A stretch of 64,000 bases of DNA from Rhizodiscina lignyota (Eukaryota), in the NCBI GenBank assembly GCA_010015805.1, contig ML978121.1:310001-374000 (forward strand). Reading direction: 5' to 3'. The notes beneath the pieces are model-generated. The model saw nothing but the letters and a program-made list of their open reading frames with translations, had not been told where the DNA came from and did not search any database. Shown here piece after piece: positions 1 to 13,264 of the stretch (positions within the stretch are counted from its first letter, which is position 1; every line of letters starts with the position of its first letter). Position numbers and translations under genes: made by a program.

Positions 1-59
1 GTAGTCTCGCATACCTTTGACAGATATGGTTGACTCACAGTTATCAGCACGATGCTCGA

Positions 60-670
60 GGTGCGATGTGATCCTCACGTTTGATCCGCCAATGTTGCAA
101 TGATGGCGAGCGAGCGATTTGACCTTGCTTGGTCATTTCTTCTCTGCGGCTGTCCGGATATCCGACTTGCAATGTCGTATAAGCTGTCAGTTCTTCCACC
201 GTCGCCGCCATAAACTCCAAAATCTGGCACTGTTGAACTATCACATGCCTCTATCGCCATCGCATGTGTTTGCAAATGAGGCTTGCCGGTTGGCAAGTCT
301 TCTTTCGCCATGGCGCTATGTTTCGGAAGTAGACCCCCACACCCTCTCAATAGACTCTTTCAATCGCAGGTGTCATGCTCAATGAATATGCGTTCCATAG
401 CCACATCAAGTCTCCAGCCCGTCGTGAAGACTCTTTGGCCCGCCATAATCGTCGCTCGGATCTTTGAAATGAACATACTCTGTACAATACTAAATTCGTT
501 TCCTCCGGCGGCAATCATGGAAGTTGAGGAGGTCAAGCAGGGCCTGTCGACAGATGATGTCCAATTTCCTCGGCGCTTTATGGTGGAAGTATGTCCCAAC
601 CTTGGGCCTGTTTGGCTGACCGAAATATCGCTTTCTATGCACCGCCACAGCTTTGTCAGTATTGTCAAGA
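60..670 (-). pseudogene. Possible degraded HET-domain gene relic
   Basis: Fragments in different frames (WRLDV..., LQTHAMAIEAC, EEMTKQGQI, SLAIIAT) fall in the order expected for HET motifs (RLIDV, LPxTxxDAI, ExxxMxxIY, TIAA). They are broken by stops and frameshifts, and the similarity is weak. Confidence 0.25.
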
Positions 671-1547
671 TTGTTCTTTACTCTGTTCTTTACGCTATAT
701 TTCTAGTGTTTAAAGCTGAATATTGCTTCTATATCGAAGTTAGCCCGAGCCTACTCCACTTAGCTAGCTACCTACTTAGAATAGTTTAGTAAGGGGCTTC
801 AGGTGCGATATCAGGATTTCACTTCTGAAAAAATAATCGTGAAATCGCATCCTTGGCACCCGAAAATCACGTGCCTCGCGGCTGAGATCCGGTAGGACCT
901 CGCTGTAACTTAATGCGATTGAATTTGACTCGCCAAACAGGGCCCTTTTGGTCACCCGCCCCGCTAGGTTGGTAGCCTTGGCGCGTTGACTCGGCAAAAT
1001 TAGGCCCGGCTTAACCTCGGCTCAACTACTCGTTCAGTTCCCCTGGTTCTCGCTTAGGTAAAGCTCGGGAAGCACGCGGACAACGGATGCAAAATAGGGG
1101 CAAGGCGGGCAACAGAATAAAAACAAAGGACCTGAGAGTGTGCAAAGACGCGAAAGTACCCAAAGCTAGAGATGATTTTGTGGGAAGATGTGTAGCTCTC
1201 GAGAATGAGAGAAGCCTAGATGCTTTTCTCCTCCTAGGAGGTCCTTGCAGTTTCAGGCCGCGGGGCAAGGCGGCGCAGCACGGCGGCCTGGAATATTACT
1301 GGTCTCAAAGCCACAGGCAATATCTTCGTTTTCTTCCTTTCGTTCTGCTCTAGTTTGACCGGTTGCCCATTCCTTCACCGACCTATAAGTAAAGACATGG
1401 TAGGGTCTTCGCTTTGATTTTTTACAGCGACCGATTGTATTGCTTGTCCTACGGGAGGCTTAAGACAACTCATGAACGGCACAGCTTTGTCATTTCAACT
1501 CGTTTGCGTGGAAGCTAACTGTCCTCACTTTTCATCATTTAACAGTC

Positions 1548-3960
1548 ATGGCAAAGAAACGAAAACAAAAGCCTCGGATGGTGATGAGGTATGACTTAAG
1601 ACCTCGAAAAGATGGTGCCATCGTCAAGGTCAAGCCCAGAAAGGTAAGGGAGAAGCTTCCTTCCGAATTTACATTTCACCTTTCAGATTAGCTGATAGAA
1701 GGCTTAGAAAAGATGTCAATTCTGCGTGGACATGCGGAAATTCGTGGAAACTCCCGCGGACAAGTCTCGGTGTATCGAACTAGGATCAATCGACGCGGTT
1801 GCGAAATCATCACATTGCAAGAACCACTACAAGTTCCTAGCCGAACTCCTTAAATTAGATCCGGTCAAGCACGGTTTCGAGGCATTTACAATGTCATCTT
1901 GGTTGGAATCGACTACGAAATCTTCAATCGTTGCGTTCACTGCCAGGGGTACCGCCGTCAGCGGTTCAACTTTAACAGAGCCACTTTCCCGATCCTCGCC
2001 CAGTCTTCTACTTGTAGGACGCCAATATGCGGGCAGACCGGGAAGAGGTAAATTGGTTAATCGACTCTGGGTCGATAGCATCCTTCCGAAGCGGTGGAAA
2101 CAGATGTGTGACAAACTCCACGGATGTCGACAATTTCAGCCTCCTGTCGCTATTCAATATCTCAAAGCTGGACCCCAATGGCTGATTGACACATGGCGCC
2201 TCTGCCTTGTCCCGGCCTCCCTTGAGCTTCCGTACGTCGCACTTAGTTACACCTGGGCTAAGAGGGACCCCTTTACGACACGCAGGGGAAATCTATGTCA
2301 ACTTCAGCAGCCCAACGCGATAGTTGCCGTGCTATCATCAGACGAGTTAGATACGACGGTACGTACCGCAATACACGTCGTACAACTATTGGACGAGCGG
2401 TATCTCTGGGTGGACCAACTTTGTATCGTCCAGGACGATGACCAAACGAAACATCGCGAGATCCAGAATATGGCTGCCATTTACGCAAACGCATCGGTGA
2501 CTATAGTTGCTGCGAATGGGACTGACCCAGGACGCGCTTTGCCCGGGCTTCGCCATGCCTCTGAGCCTAGAAACTTCTGCCAAGGATCGTATCGTTTGCC
2601 GGGAGGCGAGAATGTTGTTGAGTCGCTGGCACATCGGAGTGTGAATCTGCCTTCATCTTGGTCGGAGAGAGGGTGGACGTTCCAAGAGAATCTTTTCGCA
2701 AGACGACAGCTGGTTTTTCGGAACGATATTATGCATTGGCAATGCGACCACGCGCTCTGGTATGAGGACGAAGATTATGAGATGATCCATCGTAGTCATG
2801 AAAATGGCCCAAGCTATTTTGGTCCACGAGATCTTTTCTCGTACCACATACCTGACGTTGTGGGCTTAGTAGACATGCTCAGAAACTATACTTTCAGAGA
2901 ATTGACCTATGAGCAGGACATATTGCCAGCATGTGCTGGGGCTTTTACAGCGCTACGTCCCGCATTCAGCGGCGGTTTTGTCTCAGGGCTCCCGCGGGCA
3001 TTCTTTGACTGTGCGTTGATTTGGCGGCATTCCGGACACGCTACACGGCGGAAGGCGCACCATGGATATTCCGGATTCGGCTGCATCCCCAGTTGGAGTT
3101 GGGCGGGTTGGAAAGGCTCGTTCGACCACCGCAATTGGCACGAAGTCGCAGATTTTGTAAAAAGCTCACCTAGAACTATGTGGAAAAAGCAATGTTGCCC
3201 GCATCGGATTCAACCACTCGTCAAGTGGTACGGTCATAAGGAGCCCGAAGGTCCACGAGAAGAAGTTCTTCGCGGTAACTGGTCATATTACCAACAACTG
3301 TACACTGACTCAGATGGCCACCTGCCTCCTGCTGGATGGACGAGAATCCCTGTAGAGGACTCCGATCCGATCTTCGCTGACCGAAGTCAATTTACGACCT
3401 TTGCCCCTCCACTGCAGTCCAAACATTTGCCGCGTTGGATGTATAAACACCAGTCTCATCGGGACTGGGAGTTTTGGTACCCAGTACCATTATTTGACGA
3501 TGAAACAGAAGGTTATGCAGACTCCATGACTCCCTACATTTCGGGCTACACCCAGAGGGCCTTCGTTTCGGCTGGGAAAGACTTCAAACTCCAGGGAAGT
3601 AGCCGAACGGCCTTCTCGATCCTAGGACAAGAGGGAAACTGGGTCGGCGCATTGTGTCCGGATGAATCAATGTTGACGCCTCAACGTGACTCTCACCTAA
3701 GGGATCTCGCCGACGAAACACTCGAAGTGGTCGCTGTTGCTCAGGGAAGCTTCGCTGAGGGAAAGAGAACATGCATACAATGTCGATTAGAGGAACATAA
3801 TCTCGAGGACCGACCGAAATCTCAAGAGCAGTATGAGTTCTTCCATGTTATGTGGGTCGAAAGGGAACATGGCATAGCGTATCGGAAGGGGCTCGGACGA
3901 ATTGCGAACTCGGCTTGGGAATCGCTTTCGCGGGAATGGATAGACCTCACTCTCGGATAA
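1548..3960 (+). CDS. Heterokaryon-incompatibility (HET) domain protein
   Basis: ORF 1726-3960 has the HET motifs PYVALSYTW, YLWVDQLCIVQDD, MAAIYANASVTIVAA, WSERGWTFQE and PSWSWAGW. A probable first exon starts at ATG 1548, with a GTAAGG donor at 1644. Confidence 0.88.
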
Positions 3961-6900
3961 TACGCAAGCCATACTCAGCGGTCGTTCCTTAATTGCGGCA
4001 CTCTTAGGAAATCAGATTTGACTCTGGCTCCTTCTGATCCGAGGGGTCCTAGAAGCAGGATCAGCGAGGACACGAGATGGTAGATCCCTATAAGCTCGTG
4101 AGCCTGGTTTCAGAAACTACGGTCGCTTGCTCAGGGTAGGGAGTCCTAGATTCAGGCACCATCAAGATCGAATCACGCTAGTCCTAACAAACGCTTAATC
4201 GTGCTTCTGTCAAACCGAGCACGTGTCGAGTTCGCTGGCGGCGATGCTGAATACCATACCGAGACCAAAATTTGGACCTTTCATACTATGGCAGATCGCT
4301 GGGGAGCGCGATTGAACTCCAGTGACGATGTTGGTTACTGTTTGATGCTGCTGCGCACCGATTGGGAAGATTTAGTACAGCAGCGGAATGGGTGAGCTCG
4401 TCCGTAGGACTCAAGGCAGAAGTTCGGACAACGGATAGCTTGACCTTTGTCGCCGGAAGGCCTGGTAAAATAGTGGAGATAGAATCGGTCTTCGGGGACC
4501 CTGCTCTGATCATCGACTCTGCAAGGAGGAGTATGCGAGCGCACTCGATCTGAAGACCAACATGCGCGCTCATCTGGCGCCGTCACTGGCAGATCTGTAA
4601 CCATGCGCCGTGGTAATTATGAGGTTTGATACACGCAGCCAGTGAGATTACAGGCCCAGGTGTCGTAGTCGCGCCCTTGGTTAGTGAAACTTCTATCACT
4701 AAAAGCGACCAGCTTGTAGTATGTGTCCATTGTCGGTTCTCATGGTGTCTTTAACCCTACTTCGGTAGGTTCTAAAGCATCAATATAAGTTCCAGATACT
4801 TTCGGCCAGCGTAAACTTTGATCCAACTCAAAGGGCTGACAGCGGAAGAGATTAGCGAGATCATGAAACAGACTGGAGGATTGAGATCGTGAGGAAGATT
4901 CTGTTGACTGAAAGGAGAGAGGATAACACCATCATCAGGTATGAGCTGCTCTGCTCCATGATGTGGAGATGATGATTCTCTTCACCAATATATCTTGAAG
5001 CATATCGCCAATCTGTGGCGAATACTCAGATATCCATCAAAAAGAAATTTGTATGTTGACCTCAGCGAGTGCTGGGCGAGGCCAAACAGATCGAATAAGC
5101 CGTAGCTAGCTTCTTGTTTGATACGCAGCCCTTGTTTGTAAATTGAACACGTTTAAGTACCGACTTCAACGATACTGCTCTGCATCTCTTTCGAAGTCTT
5201 CTATTTAGTGTAACGGCGCCAAGATGTGGCTTGAATCGTTTCGTGTCGTGTCGTCATGAGGTGCTCTCAATCGACCATCTTGGGCGTGTCCGTTGACAAT
5301 GGAGCGTGGAATGACTTCTCACCGCGCTCATCGACGAGCAATTTTGATGCCTTCGAGATGGCCCTTCGTCAGCCAGATTGTAGGTGCCACAGGGAGTATG
5401 AAGTGTCAGAGAGGGAGATCGAAAGCATTGAAGCCGGCATGCGAGATATGAGCGCTGTTCGAGGTCTGAAAGGCATTTTGAACTTTTGTGTAATGTATGC
5501 AACCTTCCGATCATGTCGCTGACATCCTGACTTTGTGCACTCGACCGATTCGGCTAATGGATCCCGTGGTCATACAAAGTATGCTGCGAGAGACACGTCA
5601 GCTTGGTGGATATCCAAATGCTAATTGAAAAGCAATGGGAGGCCTACACGTTCGAGAGTGTACGTGAGACCTTCCACCACGTCGTCCTGCGGAGTCTGGA
5701 AGGAATCAAGGAACGGCCGTCAGATCGCCGTTGTCTTTTAATAGAGGAACACGTCAAAGACATTCATCATGTAAGAACCAGCAGTGAGTGAAAGCTAGAA
5801 AATGAGAGGCAACTTGAATCTAAGGAGGAAGAAATGCTTTCATCGAACCTCACCAATGATAGCAATCCGATCCGACTGGCAGTGCTGTTGGAAAGGGACA
5901 CCACACACTACCTGTGATCTACATCCCTGGCTGCAAATATCCTTGGAGATCTGGATTGCTTCGAAATGCAATGCGACGCGTGTGACTTTTCTGTTGACTG
6001 TCGCCATTGCAAGCGATTTGCTTCGAGCCTCGGGCCGTCCCAGTTATAAGTGGGTATACAACAGTGACAACGGATGACTTCTAAACAGTGTTGTGCGCTA
6101 GCAGTACATTTACCCTACCGACATAGTGTAACTGCTTTCGACTTGCGTGAACTGCATGCGCCTCGCCATCCCGAAGGGGTTGCATATGAAAGACTTCAGG
6201 GGCAGCAGCAGCATTCTCTTGCCATGTCAAAGCATCTGCAGTCGTCGCTTTGCCAATTCCGAACATTCTGAGGGATAGCAGAGGACCATCAGAGGGGAAG
6301 CTCTTTCGATTGAATTCGGCCAAGCACGTTTTCGATGATTCACAGGTCTCTGGAGATCCATCAACGTTTGACATTAAATGTGCCAAGAACCTCCTGAAGT
6401 TTATGGCGTGATGAAAATCCCACCAAAAACCAGGATGGATTCCTTCGAATGTTGGAAAAGTCTAGAAATGTTTATAGGCTGCATAACTGCCCAAAGACGT
6501 GCCAGTCTTTTAGGGAGGCGGCAGAGCCACGTCGATGGAATTGGTGGCTTTTCTTTTTGCAACCGTTCCTGCGGAGCCCAGTCTGCCTCTGGAAATGGAG
6601 CATCCGTCTCCTATAACACTGCATCAGTACAATCATCCAAACGCATATACGATCGATAGCGACGGTGGCAAATCTTCAAGCAGACAACCACAGATCCCAG
6701 AGCACAAGCGCCTGCCCTGTAGCCGGTCCAATTGAGGCCATGCCACCCATGCCGATATGCGACAATTTCACAAAGCCAGCAACAAGGCTGACTCTGCTCC
6801 ACTCCGCGTACCAACAGCAGTCCCCACGCGCGCGGGGTGCACTCATCTGGGCGCTGGCGAACGACGTTGCTCGCCATGAGGCTGCGCACATGTGAAGTTG

Positions 6901-8180
6901 CCCCATTCAGGTAGGTCCAGCATTTGCAGCTACAGCCGTATCTGGAGCACCGTAAGGGCGCGGTTTCAACGCAGCAGTAATCATAAGCTGCAATGGGCGC
7001 GCCGTGCAATTGGCCGAAAAAGCAGATAGCGTGGCATACGGAAAGCGGAATTGACGAAGCCGGGCAAAAAGCAGCCATAGCCTGTGCAGCGAGGGCCTGC
7101 CTTTTCGCTCGGAGAGATGATGATTGGGCGGAAGAAGCCAAATTCAGTGTGCGCAGTCGGGCGCATGTCAGATGGGCCTGCAAACGCATTGGGCTGCCTA
7201 CGCCAGACGCCGCACGAATTGGTCGACGCGCCATCGCTACGAGGCCTGCAACAGCCCTTTTCCGATGCTCCAGCAAAGCATTGCAGCTGCAGAGCAGCAG
7301 GTCCAGCAGACATTGAAATTTGAATCCAGCGTCGGCACATGCGCGCCACGCCGAAGCCAGCTCCAGCGGCAGTGCTGTCATGCCTCGCTGAGCCAGGACG
7401 CGCTCCGTGGCTGCTCACTATAAGGCCCTGTGTCAATCACCTCTATCCCCTTCCCCTTCGCCATGCCAATTGCTCCATTTCGGGGCCATTCTGGCGCGTC
7501 TTGCTCTCTCCACCCCACACTCGCGTGTCGACGGGACGTCTAACACTCCCGCACCACTCGAATAACCCGAGCCATACGCTCCCGCGCACCAGTGGCGCGC
7601 CGTCTGCCTCGTCGCCGAAACAGAAAGGTGAGCATTGGAATTACTTCAGCTCGAGCGGCCCTACACGTCGCACCGCCTCATCCTGTTCGTCCGCCTCACA
7701 GTCCTTGATCCCTACCTGAGGCGTGGCATGCCATGCGGCGCTCGCAAGCTGAGTCGAATGACGTTCTGATCAGATATATGGGCACCACAGCGCCGCATGA
7801 GTTGACGAACGCCTCCTCCTTCCCTCGCACAAACGAAAAAGCCACCACCTTTGACGCATACCCGGCAGCCTAGCGCTTCGTCTGCCATGCCCCTTGCCAG
7901 AGCAAACGCCGACTAGAGCAGGACTGAGCGAGAGCGAGAGCGGGCGTCTGGATCGACTCTAAAGGCTTGGGCATCCGGAGTTTTGGGAGAGTGCGCATCA
8001 AGCGCGCGTCCACTCGTTGGCTTGTCGAAAAATTTTCTCTGCTCACGGCCTGCATTAGAGGGCAGAGAGCAGGAGAAGGCCTCCTCGAATCGGCGAATTA
8101 GCGGTGAAGCGCACAAATGCCTCCACGGTGCGTCTGGGGTTCGCGTCTGGCGCCCGCGTCTCGTCTTGCTGACTTATGCG

Positions 8181-9059
8181 ATGCACAGAGAATACAACAT
8201 TGTCGTCTTGGGAACCGGTGAGCTTCCACGTTCGGACGCGCATAGCGCTCCTGCTTTTTGCTGACCCTGTCGTCGTTTCAGGCGGAGTCGGAAAGTCTTG
8301 TCTCACAGGTGATTTTTCTTTTTCCTTCTCATGCATGTTCTGGAATGCTTCTAGAAGCGAGCACTGAAACACTTGCAGCGCAATTCGTGCAGAATGTCTG
8401 GATTGAGAGCTACGACCCCACCATCGAAGACTCCTACCGGAAGACAATCGAAGTCGATGTGCGTACAACGTAATCTCTCTGCTTTGGTCTATCCGGCCCG
8501 CTCATGGCTGTATAGGGACGGCAAGTGGTACTGGAGATACTCGATACCGCAGGGACGGAGCAGTTCAGTGCGTGCAAACTGACAAATCCCCATCCTTTGC
8601 GCCCCAAACGAGCACTGGCTGAAACCTGTCACAGCTGCCATGCGCGAGCTTTACATGAAAACTGGCCAGGGTTTTCTGCTCGTCTTCAGCATTACCTCCC
8701 TTTCCTCCCTCCACGAACTCGAAGAGCTCCGCGCACAGATAATCCGCATAAAAGATGACGAGCGCGTCCCCATCGTCCTCGTAGGCAACAAGTGTGATCT
8801 CGAAGAGGACCGGTCCGTCTCGCGAGTACGTGCATTTGGCGTCAGCCAGAGCTGGGGCAACGTCCCATACTACGAGACAAGCGCAAGGAGACGGCAGAAT
8901 GTAGACGACGTGTTCAAAGACCTGTGTAGGCAGATCATACGAAGAGACATGGAGATTGCGCGTGCGATGGGACCCGAATACGTGAACCACATCGGAGGCA
9001 GGAGAAAGAAGAAGAAGAAGAAACCACGGAACGAGCGCGGTCCCTGTACGATATTATGA
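8181..9059 (+). CDS. RSR1: Ras-family small GTPase, Rsr1/Bud1 (Rap1-like), multi-exon
   Basis: Spliced exons give [60 protein letters not shown], a polybasic RRKKKKKK and CAAX CTIL. The true start may lie in an upstream exon, since CTGAC...CACAG near 8170-8189 looks like an acceptor. Confidence 0.92.
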
Positions 9060-9482
9060 TTGTGCATTGCGGGGTCCTCGGACCTGGTGTCTGGTTTGGG
9101 CGCATGATACACCCTCGTTTTCGGCATCGTTTGGTGTTTGGGAGTGACGAGGTCGCGCTTTGCAAGGCTGAGCACACGATACCTTCAAGCGGGACTTGAG
9201 CACATCTACCGTTCGATTCTCTGGACGACTGTCTTCTGCCATGGAATATGGGACATGATGAAACGAGACTCATTATTTCATGAAAATATAACGTAAAGTG
9301 TAAATAAGTATAGACGGTTTCATCGCCAAAAAGGGTGGTTGACAATGTACAGCAGGACTGCAAATATAAGGGTATTCCAAACTCGCTGATGATACTTGAT
9401 AGAAAATTATGTGCTCCACGATGGATTCTGCGATCAGATTAGCGAGGCCTGCGATTCCACTCCACTCGTATGCAGGGTCGGA

Positions 9483-9538
9483 CGAATAGCGAGTCGGCGC
9501 TGGGGTGCGCCGCAATTGGCCTGCACCCAGAAGTGGGC
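9483..9538 (+). repeat. Dispersed 56-bp repeat, copy 1 (copy 2 at 39328-39383)
   Basis: Core CGAATAGCGAGTCGGCGYTGGGGTGCGCCRCAATTGG matches at 35/37 between copies, about 49/56 with the extension. Same orientation. Confidence 0.85.
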
Positions 9539-9649
9539 TGTGCAAGACACGACGAGGCTGTCGGAGCACTCATAATTAGCGACCAAATCCTTCGCAGGTG
9601 CTGAGTCCGCTCTCCTTCTCCAACTTCCCGTTGCCGAGCACTCGGCTCA

Positions 9650-9945
9650 ATCACAGCAATTCTCAGAGTCCTTCCCTCTGCGGCCGCGCTTCCATCAATC
9701 GCGTTCAACAAGCCAGACATGGTCACTCCTGGCTCACCGAAGTCTGGCGCGTCTTGTCGATCATGCGCAATACCTGCGGCGTCGACATCCTCAAGAAGAA
9801 CCATACAGCGTGATGGTAGCTTCACAAACAGTACCCGCAGCTCGCCATCAGTTATTTCGTGGCCACTGAGCGAAAGAGCGTAAACATCCAGACCAAAAGC
9901 TACCAGGGTGTCCTTGGAGGGTAAGGATAGTTCCGAAACAGTCAA
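9650..9945 (-). pseudogene. BCS1-like AAA+ ATPase fragment
   Basis: LPSRCMVLLEDVDAAG (Walker B) and GVTMSGLLNAIDG..AEGR are typical of the BCS1 family. There is no intact Walker A, and the C-terminus is lost. Confidence 0.7.
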
Positions 9946-10579
9946 GTTGGAGTATTTGGATGAACGCCCAGCAAATTACGTGCACTCCTTGACTGGACAA
10001 GCTGGCGATCATAGCAATGCTCCCTGGCAACGCTTTCTGGCAATTTGCTCTCAACCAGAGGGCGAGGCAGTAACTTGGCCGTCCAGAAGGCTCCCATAAC
10101 GTTGACGTTCAGAACCCACGGGCTGGTTTCCCACGTAGCATCAACCGTTTACCGTCTAGCACGATCGCGACAGCAGTGAGCACGCCATGTACTTGGCCAA
10201 ATGCAGCGACACATCTGGCAAACGGTGATTCCGGAGAGTTTTTGTCGATTACGCGTTCCTTCTCCTACACTATTGTCTCAATTCTATTTCCGGTATTTAT
10301 GTTGATAAGGGCATTCATGTGTCCCTCATAGCGTCGGATCTGATAACACAAGTGCTAGGTCGAGGATTAATGGCTGGCGGCTAATCTTTCAGCCTTGTGC
10401 TTCTTCGTTTCAGTCTTGTGTTAAAGGTAGGCGGCTATTCGTTCCAGCCTTGTGTTAATGGCACTTTTCCATTCGTGCACCCTCGTCGGCTATTTCGGGC
10501 CTATCCTACCGGATCTGCTTCGTCCATGTCTCCTTCTACTATAAAATAGTCTTTGGAAGGACTAGAACGAAGTTCTATA

Positions 10580-11764
10580 ATGGCACTCAAAATGCCAAAA
10601 TCTGTCTTCCATTTCACCTTGCTTCTCTTGTTCGCTCTGAAGAGCAATGCAGAGTCTTATAGCGGGCACTACTTCACATCCTGGTTTCCCAGGCCCTGGG
10701 CTTTGCAATACGCCTCCTTCTACGCCAAATATAATAAATCCCTAACTAGGATTTCAACTACGACGTGCAACTCCACGCTACACGACTATCGCGCCTCTTA
10801 TCTCGCACCACCCTCCTCCACGATAGCCAAACAGCTACTCTCGATCTGCTACCAGCACGAGCAATGCATGCTCGATGCCCTCTCTTCCCAGGAAATAGCC
10901 AACTTCAACTCCGCCAGCGTCGTCCTCGGCCTCATACCTACCTTACTCTCCGCCATCGGACCCACCATCGCAGAGATATCTCTTCTCTCCATCCACCGCC
11001 CCTTTCTTGCTTTTCTGCTGAGCTTGGGTGCACCAGCGGTCGGCCCACAGCGAGTCTTCGAGTACAGTGGCCCAGCACATGTTCTCGGCGGCAGCAGCGA
11101 CGGTAACACCCACCCCAGTACATTGTTCGAGATCAGCATTGCCAAGCGTTGGGAGTGGGCCCAGCTCCCGCTGAGCGTGCTACAGTATGCCTTGGCCGCA
11201 GGCGCTGCGGCTAATGTGTTCATGACGTCGCTGGAAGTGGGCAAGAAGAGCATCTTGTCATGGGGATGCACAGTGATGTTTTGCCCGTTCATTTGGAGCT
11301 TGCTCTCATGCATCACACACGTTGTTGCGGCCATAGGCTTTGGCCTGGCACGGCGGAATGCAGCCAGGCAGGTGGCGGATTCCGAGCAAGGTCAGCAGCA
11401 GCGAGTTGGGAAGTCGGATGGTGGGCAGAGCGATCAACGTTTGCTGGACAAGCTTCCGCGACTACTGTGGAAGCAGGTAAAAGGATAAGTGGAACTATGT
11501 GCAAAGCAGAAGAAGGTTAAGTATGAGGTTGGTGCTCCCGTGCCACCTTTGGCGGTGCTATGTAATGTGGCAGCTGGGGGCAGCGGTTTTGTACAAATGT
11601 TCTTTGGGGTGATTGTTTTCTCTTCGCTGCAGTTTGTGAGTGTCTGGGATGTGTTGAATGCGATCTTATGGCGCTATATGTTCTTAGCTATCGTGTGTAG
11701 ATTGATATTGATATTTGAGATTGGTGGATTGAGAGCGAAACTGAGAAAGGCGAACTCAAGTTAG
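10580..11764 (+). pseudogene. Fungal multi-pass membrane protein with signal peptide, split by an in-frame TAA at 11486-11488
   Basis: ORFs 10553-11488 and 11489-11764 are in the same frame, and hydrophobic helices continue after the stop. N-terminus is hydrophobic. Confidence 0.55.
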
Positions 11765-12171
11765 CTACTGAACGTCCTTCGGATTTTTCTTCCTGTTAAT
11801 GAAGGAAGGGAGTTTACCAGCACCATTGGCTCTCGCTCTCGCAATGAAGGCCGACATATTAAGACAATCACAAAGGCGAAGACGTAAGAGGCAGAAATAA
11901 GGGAAACGTGAATGTGAGAGACCGAAAGGAGAAGAAAAAGAGTGAAGGGAAGGCACAGACGGAAAGCGCTGTCAGTTACCGATAACTTGGCTGCGATGGA
12001 ATTAGGCAAAACCCTTAATTTGAGATGATGGCTGTACTCCAGCATGGTCTGTCAAGTAAGTCTCTCTTTCGCCTACGTCGCTTGCATTGATTGGTATATG
12101 AGCCGCTGTGGGCTTGGAGAGCATAAAATGAGTCGCCATTCCTCGGATAAAAAGTTAGAACTCAACCTCTT

Positions 12172-13264
12172 CTATGTCCAACCTTCCAAATTCTCCTTCA
12201 CTGTCTGTACCAGCGGCTTGTAGCCAGTCTCTTGGTCATACCACTCCTTCAACAGCTTCGCTCCCTGTTCATTGGGTACCTTACTCAAGTCACGTGGCTC
12301 ATCCTGTGGTGGTGTCGCAACGGTGGTAGCTTCTGGACGGACTTCCTTAATGGCCTTGATGACGTCTGTCCAATTGAAGGCAGCGTTGAAGGCGAAGGTG
12401 CGATCATTTTTGAGAGATCGATCCAAAGCGGCGGCAATGACATGGAGCCGAGCAGCATCAATGACATCGATCATGTACTCTGCAAAGATCGTCAGTGGTG
12501 TGTCAACGGCAAAGTGAGGGCTCCAACTTGCGTGGTCCAATGTTGGATGGAATCTCTCCCTTCAGAACTTGCAATACTGCGGCACCAGTCACACCAGGCG
12601 AGGAAAGGATCCTGCCCATGTTGACGTTCGGCAGGATCGCATTGACGACGAAGTGAGGCTTTTCCTCTTCCACAAATTGCCACAACGCCTTCTCACCTTC
12701 GGTTTTGGATGCAGCGTATACGGAGGAAGCTCGCTCCAGGGTGTATGGCGGTGGCTCCCAGGCCCTGTCGATCGCCTCCTGGTTCCAGTCCTCTTTGCCA
12801 ACCGTCAAAGGAGTGTTCAGCTTTGGAAGCAGTACAGCGCAAGAAGAGGACGTGAGGACAAAACGCTTGACTGATGAATGCTTGGTTGCTGATCGAAGGA
12901 TGGACTTCGTGCCGGCTACCACTGGTGTCACAACTTTGTTCGGATCGGCTCCAAAAGTCATATCACTTGCCACATGAATGACAGCATCGCAACATTTCAT
13001 GGCTTCATCAAAGGCAGATTCGACCTGGAAATTGGCCACGATGGCGGTGGAATAATTTGGATTGTTGTTGCAGGTCTTCTTAGTGCTCTCGCACTTCTCC
13101 TGTGACCGGGCGGTACCACGAACTCTGTAACCAGCTTCAAGAGCCTCGTTCACAACATGAGAGCCGATGTACCCCGAAGCGCCAGTGACCAGAATCAGCG
13201 AGCCCTTAGGCAGCGCGAGATCCTTGCCGGTGAACCTGGCAATTTCGTTCTTGAGCGTCTTCAT
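12172..13264 (-). CDS. NAD(P)-dependent epimerase/dehydratase-family reductase (aldehyde reductase II-like extended SDR)
   Basis: Motifs LVTGASGYIGSH, VIHVAS, FVLTSS and YAASK. The two ORFs join through a 52-nt GC-AG intron at 12480-12531. Confidence 0.88.

Noticed and set aside
4200..7400. Many short overlapping ORFs (e.g. 5256-5522, 5603-5791, 6611-7381)
   Set aside because: No recognisable motifs or consistent exon chain. May be decayed genes, but I cannot support a call.
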